A stretch of DNA of 64,000 nt, taken from Macrostomum lignano (lineage: Eukaryota). Both the position numbers and the translations under genes were made by a program. Numbering within the stretch: the first letter of the stretch is position 1; every line of letters begins with the position of its first letter. This document shows, piece by piece, positions 48,289 to 58,700 of the stretch. The stretch is taken from the NCBI GenBank assembly GCA_002269645.1, contig NIVC01000651.1, forward strand, positions 1 through 64,000. The letters run 5' to 3'. The notes below the pieces were generated by a model. That model saw only the letters and a program-made list of their open reading frames with translations. It had not been told where the DNA came from and made no database searches.

Positions 48289-50021
48289 TCATCCATAATA
48301 ATGGCAGTGCGAATATTCGGTTTCCGAAGCTGCTGTGCTCGGAGTTGCAGTCTGGGCGACAGTGCAGGTGCAGGCACGGTTGCGCGTCCTTTGTTTCCTG
48401 CCATGATTATAGCCACAATAGCTTTGATGCCAGCCATACCAGCTGCTCCAGGGGCTCCACTGGCACCAGCCAATAAATCTGGTCTGCTGCTGCCAAGGCT
48501 TGGCCAGCGGACTCGGCACCGCTTCGATGAGGCAGCTGCAGTCTCTCCTCCTGCTGCGCTGCTGGTTCCTATTGCACCCTGTGAAGTTGCGGTGTTCGAA
48601 TATCCGAAAATGTTAAACGGAAAATGTTACTATAGAAATATCTATAACATCGCGTCTCACCCGAACTCCACAAGCTCCAGCCTTTCCAGGCGCACCAGCC
48701 GATGAACAGTTCATTCGCCGATGGGCCGTCGCATTTCGCTGCCGCCGCCTGCGGCTCCGGGCACTGGCACTGGCGGGTGCGCCGTTTTGATCCGACGTGA
48801 CAGGCAGGCGTCCAGGCAGACCAGCCGCTCCAGGAGCACCAGCCGCCGCTTACTGGCAGGAATTTTGAGGGAAATAAAAGCCCGGAGCTGCAATAAATTT
48901 CCTCTGGATTTGTCAAGGAACCCGCTGGGGCCTCTAGCATCAAAATGGACAAAGACTCACTCCGGCTGAGGAACCCGCTGGGGTCTGTGGCATCAAAATG
49001 GACAAAGACTCACTCCGGCTGAGGAACCCGCTGGGGTCTGTGGCATCAAAATGGACAAAAACTCACTCCGGATGAGGAACCCGCTTGGGTCTGTGACATC
49101 AAAATGGACAAAGACTCACTCCGGCTGAGGAACCCGCTGGGGTCTTTGACATCAAAATGGACAAAAACTCACTCCGGATGAGGAACCCGCTTGGGTCTGT
49201 GACATCAAAATGGACAAAGACTCACTCCGGCTGAGGAACCCGCTGGGGTCTTTGACATCAAAATGGACAAAGACTCACTCCGGCTGAGGAACCCGCTGGG
49301 GTCTGTGGCATCAAAATGGACAAAGACTCACTCCGGCTGAGGAACCCGCTTGGGTCTGTGACATCAAAATGGACAAAGACTCACTCCGGCTGAGGAACCC
49401 GCTGGGGTCTGTGGCATCAAAATGGACAAAGACTCACTCCGGATGAAGAACCAGCTGGGGTCTGTGGCATCAAAATGGACAAAGACTCACTCCGGATGAA
49501 GAACCCGCTTGGGTCTTTGACATCAAAATGGACAAAGACTCACTCCGGCTGAGGAACCCGCTTGGGTCTGTGACATCAAAATGGACAAAGACTCACTCCG
49601 GCTGAGGAACCCGCTGGGGTCTGTGGCATCAAAATGGACAAAGACTCATTCCGGCTGAGGAACCCGCTGGGGTCTGTGATATCAAAATGGACAAAGACTC
49701 ACTCCGGCGCCGGCTGGTCAGGGCCAAGACTCGACAGCCAGCTGGAAGAGCAGACGGGGCTCCTGCGGTGTCGCCCAGCAGCCGGCATTGGTCAGGCGAG
49801 CACCAGACAACGCCGAAGCAGGCCGAGCCCATCACCTCGCAGATGGCGGCGCATTCGACTTCGGAACGGGCGTCAAGGATGGCAGTGGAGGAAGATGTTC
49901 CTGAAGCTGCTCCGTCACTTCCCCAGGCAGCCTGATCCGAGGTGTACATGTACTGGTCGGCGGCGAACGACAGAGATGTCAGCAGCAGCAGGACCCAGGC
50001 AGTCAGAGTAGCGAGGTACAT
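48289..50021 (-). CDS. Small secreted protein: signal peptide + PAN/apple-like domain + three thrombospondin type-1 (TSR)-like repeats, about 266 aa
   Basis: Exons 50021-49703, 48852-48661, 48578-48289 (801 nt, in frame, both introns phase 1). Signal MYLATLTAWVLLLLTSLSFA; ARSEVECAAICEVMGSACFGVVWCSPDQCRL; GGWCSWSGWSAWTPAC...RRTRQCQC; GWCAWKGWSLWS..C....RSRRRDCSC; GWCQWSPWSSW...C...RTRNRACTC. Confidence 0.8.
48915..49708 (-). repeat. 53-nt donor-junction array (about 15 copies of (G)CCGGA|GTGAGT...) filling intron 1 of the PAN-TSP1 gene
   Basis: The first copy is the real exon 1 donor (GT at 49702-49701). Confidence 0.9.
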
Positions 50022-50794
50022 AACTTGGCTTTTTGCTGTTTCTTATTTTAGGTAAAAATGTGCCGGCAGTCCGCCCTCCCTGCTCAATTTATACACGCTT
50101 TGTTTGAAAAAAAGCATTCCGGAATTGCCACGAAAACCAAGGAAATGTGAGTGAGTAAAGCAAAGCGACGAGTTAAGAAGACAGACAGCATGAAGCAAGC
50201 AGATTGCCTGACTCATGCATGTCGCTCATGGAAGCATTAGCGTGTCTCACTTTTATAACCGTCACTCAAAGCTTGGCAGATAACTAATAAAAGCTAAATA
50301 GCTAATGCTAGCTGCAGTCACTCCAGTTTGAAAATGACAGCTTTTAAAATTCGGAATGCAATTTGCTTTTAAGATTTCTTCAAAATATTCCTCCCAGAGA
50401 TAAACTCGCGGGGTGTTAAACTCAGACAATCCCACGTACGCTCGTATATTTGGGAAGAATTCTGCTCAACTGATGCCCTACGAAACTCAAATAGGGGGCG
50501 GAAACTGGCAGACTTTCGCCTAAAGCAGAATTGGTGCAGTAGGGATTTCTGAGCTTTTCGGCACAAAATTCATTTTCTCACTTCGCGGACTTCCGAGCAT
50601 GATAATTTTGCACTCCCGAATGTCAACACAATTGTTTTTCGATAATTGCAAAGTCGTACAGCGGCCTTGAATGTGACTTGCTGGCAGCCGGTTCTCCATT
50701 ACGGCTGCTGCAAGAACTGTCAAGGCGATCAAATCCCCTGTTCGCTGATAATGTCAGTCAGAATTTTGTATGCCTTATGACCTTCTAACTCTTG

Positions 50795-51160
50795 TGCTTC
50801 AGAGCTGGTGTTTCAGAGCTGGTGTTTCAGAGGTGTTTCACAGCTTGTGTTTCAGAGCTTGTGCTGGTTCAGAGCTTGTGTTTCACAGCTTGTTTTTCAG
50901 GGCTTGTGTTTCATAGCTCTTGCTTCAGAGGTGTTTCAGAGCTTGTGTTTCAGAGCTTGTGTTTCAGAGCTTGTGTTTCGGGGGTTGTTTTCCAGAGGTT
51001 GTGTTTCAGAGGTTGTTTCACAGCTCGAGTGTTCAGAGCTTGTGTTTCAGAGGTTGTGTTTCAGAGGTTTTGTTTCAGAGCTTGTGTTTCAGAGGTTGTG
51101 TTTCAAAGATTGTGTTTCAGAATTTGTGTTTCAGAGTTTGTGCTTCAAAGCTTGTGTTTT
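50795..51160. repeat. Degenerate short-unit repeat (GTGTTTCAGAGCTT-like)
   Basis: Read directly; intergenic. Confidence 0.8.
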
Positions 51161-52798
51161 AGAATCTTTTTTTCTTTGATGTGCCTGTTTGCTTTTTTCT
51201 GCTCTAACTATCTGTAACAGCAAAGGTTGTTCTTTCTCCAACTTTGACTTGTGTTTTGGCCACGCAAGCGCGCTTTTGCCAGCACTTCTGCCGAGGCGCG
51301 TTTACGCCAGTTGCCTGCAATCAGTCTTGACTTACTTGACTCAGCTGCAGGGCTCCGGGCATCCGGATACAGCGGGGAAGGCGTCACCACCCATTCCGCT
51401 AACCACTGGCAGCTGGTGCTGCGCAGGGAGATCCGGTGGTGCCGGTGTCCGCAACGCGGTCCCCCTTCCCCCTCCAGAGTCCAGGAATAAATTGGTCGTT
51501 CGCCCGGTAGCCTTTAGGTAGCGGACAAGCTGCATGGCAGATTCTTGGGCCAAAAACGTCGGAGAGATCCGGGTAGGTGAGCCTGTCCTGAGTAAGGGCG
51601 GGGCATTAACAGATGAAGTGCTCCGCATTTTGGACACCAGATAGGCAGAATGGGCATTCCTCGCTACGGATCTTCCCTGGAGGTGGCGATGTCTGGCAAA
51701 ACAGCCATGTCCTGAGAGGGCGCGCTAATGCGCGCGACGTTTATTCACTCTTCCCCAGACACAGTAAGGCGCGAGTCCAAAATTCTGGCTGTGCGCGTCC
51801 AGACTCACTGGAAACCATGGTTGCATGCACAAAAGATTTCGCAATGCGTTGCCTGAAGCTGTCTAAAGCTTGTGGGCGAGGGCGTTGTCGTGATGAAGTA
51901 CACCCCCGAGCTGGGAGTCCTTGGACGGCAACTGGAGAGAGCACTTCTGGCGCTGGCAGTAGTTGGCATAACAGTTGCCAGTGACTATGCGGTGCTGCAC
52001 AAGTGGCGCGGTCGCTAGATGACCCGCTCTCGTCACAAAAACGGCCGACATCTGCGTTGCCACGCTGCGCTCTCGCTCAAAAATACGAGTATGTGATGAG
52101 AAAGGTTAAAAGCCCGGAGGCCACACATATTGTTGCGTATATGAATTAGAGCCTATTCTGCTTTTGAGGAGTTTCACGCCGTTTCAGGGGTGCACATTTG
52201 CCATTACTGAGCGGGAGTAGCGCCAGTTTTGCAGAGCGGCAACAATGGATTAGTAGAACTAACCGAACTCACAAGTTAGTCAAACCAATCGTCATGGATT
52301 AGTAGAACTAACCGAACTCACAAGTTATTGTAGTCAAACAAATTCTAATCGACTTCAGATTTGATCGAAACAGTAGATCAACATAATTATAATTTAGTTA
52401 TGAATATATTTATCCACGATAATCTAGTTAAGATCTGGATTATAAGGAATGGTTGTTCTCAAATGTCACCAACACGTAGCCACGCACTGTACATGCAGAA
52501 TCAAGAGAGGCTAGAAAGGCAGGTAAATTAACTACTGTGGACACAATGGATAATACTCTGCACTACATGACCCGCCAATAGCAAATTTGCTTTAAACGAA
52601 AAAGTCGAACTATTGCAGCCTCGGGAGCATAGCTGTCCCTTCTAGCTTATCGGGAACGTATGAGCTCGCATTGAGATTTTGCCTGCATCAGGTGGCAGCG
52701 GCCCCCATCAGAGGATTAGATGAGGGCAGCGGCGCAGTGTGGTACGATTACCCAAGAGCACAATGAGTAGCACCAGCTCTTCCCAATGCACTCTGGAG

Positions 52799-55025
52799 TC
52801 ACTCGATAAACAGGATGCTGTGGAACTGCGCCTGGCAGAGCCGGGACACCTCCTCGGTGACCAGGATGAGGTTGGCCGGCCGGAACTGAGTCACCAGGGC
52901 GAAGAAGTCGCGCCTGTCGAACTTCTTGGCCACCAGCCAGGCGTCGCCGGCGGTCTTGGCGACGGTCTCCGTGTCGACGAGGTCGCCGTGCCTGCAGTGG
53001 TCGGCGTGCACGTCGGCGCAGAGGCGCATGAGGTCCCGCTTGACTGCCAGCACGCCGGGCCGCTTGGAGCCCTCGGGCTGCACAAACACGGTGCTCTTCT
53101 GCGCCGAGTTCATGTGGTTGAAGTACAGGAAGCGGATGTGGCTGTCGGCGCCACCGCCGGAGCCGGAAGCAGCCGAGGCGGAGGCAGCGCTGGCCTCGCT
53201 GAGCTGCTGGCTGCAGGTCTGCACGGTGTCGCTGGCGTGGCGCATCAGCGGCTGCAGCAGACGGTCCAGCGCCAGGTACTGCTCGTACGTCACGGGGTCT
53301 CCGGCGTCCACAAACAGGCAGAGGCTGCTGCGGCCGGACCGGTACACCAGCATGTGGCACTCGGCCAGCGAGCCGCCGTCCGGCCCCGTCAGGAACAGAC
53401 GCGGCACTGAGCCCAGCTGGCTCGGGTCGTCAAGGTTGGGTGGCCCCGTGATGAAGCTGAAAAGTGAGTAGAAATGCCAAGCCAATTTTTGTCTCACTTT
53501 GAGCTCGGTAAAGCTTCTAGCCGATGACTCACCGTCCAAAGGCGCCAGAGCTGCCGATGCCCTTGTCCAGGTTTCTGAGGTCGTCCTCGGCGTGCCTGGG
53601 GAACAGGCTGTGCACCAGGTAGGCGTACACGCAGCGGGTGTCCGTGGGGTGCAGGGAGGTCCACACCAGCTGGTCGCTGTGCAGGTAGCAGGCAAAGCGC
53701 ACCCGGGAGAAGGTGGCCTGCACCCGCTGCACCAAGCAGTGCACCTGCAGGAAGGCCCGCTTGCTCAGCGGCAGAAACGTGACGCCCCGGTAGACCTCTA
53801 GCAGCGTGGATTGGTAGATGGAGAAGCACGAATGGTTTGGGTCCGCCAGGTACCTGCACGGCGGGTTGAGTGAGGATGGCCGAGGATTGAGTAAGCAGAA
53901 ATGATGCGGGAGGAAAGGTGGAACTGAAAGCACAAGCGTTAGGGCTAAAACAAACTGCAGGCACAGACAGCACAACAGAACTGAAGAAGTGGTTGCAGAA
54001 ACACACTGCAGACACAGACAGCACAGCAGAACTGAAGAAGTGGTTGCAGAAACACACTGCAGACACAGACAGCACAGCAGAACTGAAGAAGTGGTTGCAG
54101 AAACACACTGCAGACACAGACAGCACAGCAGAACTGAAGAAGTGGTTGCAGAAACACACTGCAGACACAGACAGCACAGCAGAACTGAAGAAGTGGTTGC
54201 AGAAACACACTGCAGACACAGACAGCACAGCAGAACTGAAGAAGTGGTTGCAGAAACACACTGCAGACACAGACAGCACAGCAGAACTGAAGAAGTGGTT
54301 GCAGAAACACACTGCAGACACAGACAGCACAGCAGAACTGAAGAAGTGGTTGCAGAAACACACTGCAGACACAGACAGCACAGCAGAACTGAAGAAGTGG
54401 TTGCAGAAACACACTGCAGACACAGACAGCACAGCAGAACTGAAGAAGTGGTTGCAGAAACACACTGCAGACACAGACAGCACAGCAGAACTGAAGAAGT
54501 GGTTGCAGAAACACACTGCAGACACAGACAGCACAACAGAACTGACCTGCTGAAGAAGTGGTTGCACTTCTGGCGCAGAATTTCCACGTTGCCCCGCTCA
54601 AGAGTCATAGCGATGGAGCCCTTGAACAGGCGGTACATCAGGTAGGCCTGGTGCAGCAGCTCATGGCAGACAACGTCCTGCACATTCTCTGCCAGGTACT
54701 CGGCGTCCTCCTTGGCCTCAGCTGCGGCCTGCTGCTGCAGGGGGATCTTGGGCACGGAGAAGCGCATGACAAACCAGTAGCCGGGCTCGGGCTGCAGGAA
54801 CACCTGGCGGCTCTTCAGGGTGGTGAGGCAGCGGACCGGCTGGTCGCTGAAGTCGGCGGTGAAGCGAACCACCGCCTCGGCCAGGCCCACGCATTTCACC
54901 TGCAGGTTGAGCTCGGTGCTTGCCGGATAAAAGTACACAATTTTCTGGGCTTCCTCGCCCTCCCGAGTGCAGAGGCTGGGGCTGAAGATGAAGAACTGCT
55001 CGCACTGGGCCTCGCTGTCTTCCAT
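52799..55025 (-). CDS. CCZ1: Vacuolar fusion protein CCZ1 homolog (Mon1-Ccz1 Rab7 GEF subunit), about 485 aa
   Basis: Exons 55025 (or 55061)-54547, 53853-53533, 53456-52799 (1458 nt from 55025, in frame). Motifs FFIFSPSLCTREGEEAQKIVYFYP, VGLAEAVVRFT, FLPLSKRAFLQVH, DQLVWTSL, RFLYFNHMNSAQKST, KTAGDAWLVAKKFDRR. Confidence 0.93.
53955..54565 (-). repeat. 51-nt exon-end-derived array (about 12 copies) in CCZ1 intron 1
   Basis: Unit on - is TGCAACCACTTCTTCAG plus TTCTGCTGTGCTGTCTGTGTCTGCAGTGTGTTTC. Confidence 0.95.
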
Positions 55026-55731
55026 GCGGCCGGCGAAGCAGCAGCGGCAGAAGCGGGACATGAGTGAAATTTGCCAGATGGCCTACTGACGAAAGTAGTC
55101 TGTCTAGTGATTTACTGCTGCTACTATAGAAATCATTGATGAAAATACCGCCTGACCCTCTCTGTAAGTAGGTCATGTGCAAGCAGCCAATGGCACAGCC
55201 GCTTCAACTGGGTGCAGCCTATTCATCTGCATACTAACCACAGCCAACTCTGCTTAACTTGCAGCACTGACGGTGAATGCACTAATCCACTCGGCTACTG
55301 TGGTTGCTTCAACCTTTACCTCTTGGCTGGTAAGCAAGCATAGTAGTAACACTAAGTTAAATACAAGCTGGTGAATCACGGCAAATGAAGTGGAAAAGAT
55401 ATGCCTGCTTTAAATATCAATAATTTTAACAAGCGAGGCGAGCGAGCGACAAGCAGTTTATGTTTAGAAAATTTAGCTTTAATTTACAGGCCAAAGTGCA
55501 GCTGAAATTTGTTGAAAACTAGAATGGAACGGTACATAATAAAAGCTTTAATACGCATAGAAATATACTATATAAGAAAGTACAAATATAATAAAAGTGC
55601 GTAAAATTGCTGCATCGAAGAGCTGAGCCAGACTGAAGTCAGCGGAGTTCAGTTAGAAAATTGACAAACAAGCGAAACACATATGAACGAATGCAGCCCC
55701 TGCGTCACACCGGCTTCTGGACCCAATGACG

Positions 55732-58700
55732 TCACTTCCGGCTGCCGCCGCTGCGCTGATGCTGATGGTGCCCGCCGGAGCGGGAGGCGGACTTCCGGGA
55801 AGCGGCCGAGCTGGGCGAGTCCTGCGACGAAGACTGAGCCAGCTGCTGGCCCGCCGAGGCGATCGACTTCTTGGGCGGCGGCGCAGCGGCGTCGGTGGAA
55901 TGCGACGACGACGTCGACTGCTGCCTGCTGGCGCCCGGCGGCTTCTTGGCGCCCGACTGCAGAAACGGGTGCAGCTCGTCGGCCGGAGCGCCGGGCAGGT
56001 CGATGTCGTGCGTGCGCGTCTTGCGCCGCTTGGCGTCCGGACTGGCGCCGGAGCTGGCCGGGCGCTTCTTGTCCGGACTGGCGCCGGCCAGGGACTGATC
56101 GGACAGGGTCTGGTCCGCGTCGTCGATCTGCGGGTTGAGCGACGAATTCATAAAGTCAAATCGCCTACTCATATGAGTAGTATAACTGAGCACGCATGAG
56201 CACTGCCATGGACTGGCAGGATCGCAACTCCCACACCTTCAGAATGCATACCTGCGTACTAACCGCAGCCAAGTCTGCTTAACTCAGCCGAAAATCGATC
56301 CTCAAAACAAAACTCTGTAAGCCAAAGTTCACTAGGTGAGGAGATGGATTTCACTAACAGCGCTGAAAGTTAAGCAGAGTTGATCGTGGCTAGTACGCTG
56401 TCTGTGTCAGCCGTGACAAGTGACAAATTAAGCTAAGCTGCAAATGCTGCAGATTTCACCTGCTGTGATTGGGCAGCAGCTCTAAGCTGCAGATTTCACC
56501 TACTGTGATTGGGCAGCAGCTCTAAGCTGCAGATTTCACCTACTGTGATTGGGCAGCAGCTCTAAGCTGCAGATTTCACCTACTGTGATTGGGCAGCAGC
56601 TCTAAGCTGCAGATTTCACCTACTGTGATTGGGCAGCAGCTCTAAGCTGTAGATTTCACCTGCTGTGATTGGGCAGCAGCTCTAAGCTGCAGATTTCACC
56701 TACTGTGATTGGGCAGCAGCTCTAAGCTGCAGATTTCACCTGCTGTGATTGGGCAGCAGCTCTAAGCTGCAGATTTCACCTACTGTGATTGGGCAGCAGC
56801 TCTAAGCTGCAGATTTCACCTACTGTGATTGGGCAGCAGCTCTAAGCTGCAGATTTCACCTACTGTGATTGGGCAGCAGCTCTAAGCTGCAGATTTCACC
56901 TACTGTGATTAGGCAGCAGCTCTAAGCTGTAGATTTCACCTGCTGTGATTGGGCAGCAGCTCTAAGCTGCAGATTTCACCTGCTGTGATTGGGTAGCAGC
57001 TCTAAGCTGCAGATTTCACCTGCTGTGATTGGGCAGCAGCTCTAAGCTGCAGATTTCACCTACTGTGATTGGGCAGCAGCTCTAAGCTGCAGATTTCACC
57101 TGCTGTGATTGGGCAGCAGCTCTAAGCTGCAGATTTCACCTACTGTGATTGGGCAGCAGCTCTAAGCTGCAGATTTCACCTGCTGTGATTGGGCAGCAGC
57201 TCTAAGCTGTAGATTTCACCTGCTGTGATTGGGCAGCAGCTCTAAGCTGCAGATTTCACCTACTGTGATTGGGCAGCAGCTCTAAGCTGCAGATTTCACC
57301 TACTGTGATTGGGCAGCAGCTCTAAGCTGCAGATTTCACCTGCTGTGATTGGGTAGCAGCTCTAAGCTGCAGATTTCACCTGCTGTGATTGGGCAGCAGC
57401 TCTAAGCTGCAGATTTCACCTGCTGTGATTGGGCAGCAGCTCTAAGCTGTACACAAAGCCCTCAGAGCTGCCACACTTGTGGCCATCTCGCAGCGGTTCC
57501 CGTATTATGCAGCGCATTACAAGTAAGCTGAGGCTGAGGCTATCATTCTGCTCAGCCAGTCCCCGCAGCGGCAAATCACCTCGGGTGCGACTGGCAGGAA
57601 CAGCAGCATGTCCGGGTCCGCCTCCTCGTCCGAGCTGAGCAGCGCCTGCACCGGCTCGCAGCGCTCAACGTCCACCTCCTCGTCCGAATTGCTGGCAGAC
57701 GGCACCGCAGCGGCCTTCGGCTCCGCGTCCTCGTCCGATAGGTCGAACTCGCTCTCGCGCTCCTCGTACTCGACGTTCTCGTCCAGCTCTTTGAAATCCG
57801 GTGCGAACGCGCTCCAGTTTTGCACCTGGGAGGAGGGCGGAGCGCAATTTAGTGTAAAGTATGACAAGTTAGCGAACTGGTTGCTGGGCTTGAGATAGCG
57901 ACTGTGCCTGCTACCAGTGAGTCACTGCTTGCCGCTCCCAGCCCAGTGAGTCACTGCTTGCCGCTCCCAGCCCAGTGAGTCACTGCTTGCCGCTACCAGC
58001 CCAGTGAGTCACTGCTTGCCGCTCCCAGCCCAGTGAGTCACTGCTTGCCGCTACCAGCCCAGTGAGTCACTGCTTGCCGCTTCCAGCCCAGTGAGTCACT
58101 GCTTGCCGCTCCCAGCCCAGTGAGTCACTGCTTGCCGCTCCCAGCCCAGTGAGTCACTGCTTGCCGCTCCCAGCCCAGTGAGTCACTGCTTGCCGCTACC
58201 AGCCCAGTGAGTCACTGCTTGCCGCTCCCAGCCCAGTGAGTCACTGCTTGCCGCTACCAGCCCAGTGAGTCACTGCTTGCCGCTTCCAGCCCAGTGAGTC
58301 ACTGCTTGCCGCTCCCAGCCCAGTGAGTCACTGCTTGCCGCTCCCAGCCCAGTGAGTCACTGCTTGCCGCTCCCAGCCCAGTGAGTCACTGCTTGCCGCT
58401 CCCAGCCCAGTGAATCAGTCCAGGGGTTTGCAGAATGGGTGCCCGAGAGTGTGGATACAGTAAAAATGAGCGGCCGACCGCAGCGCACCTGGCTCTGGCT
58501 CCAAACGGTCACGAGCCCGTTAGAAATGGAGCAGATGATGGGCCGCAGCGGGTGCCACACGACATCCAGCAGCGTCTCGCCCTTGGTGCCCTGCAGCATC
58601 TTGACCATGGCGCCGCCGATGCGGTCCCAGATGTAGATGGAGTGCGCCTTCATCGATCCCGCGCACACAAACTCGCCGTCTCCGCTGAAGCAGCACTTGC

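Noticed and set aside
51189-52063. Cluster of short GC-rich ORFs between PAN-TSP1 and CCZ1
   Set aside because: No recognisable motifs or consistent exon structure; possibly a TE or UTR remnant.
57912-58412. GTGAGT donor consensus and TGAGTCA (AP-1-like) site in each 29-nt unit
   Set aside because: The donor motif is on the antisense strand of RBBP5 and does not match either junction. The AP-1 match alone is not evidence of function.
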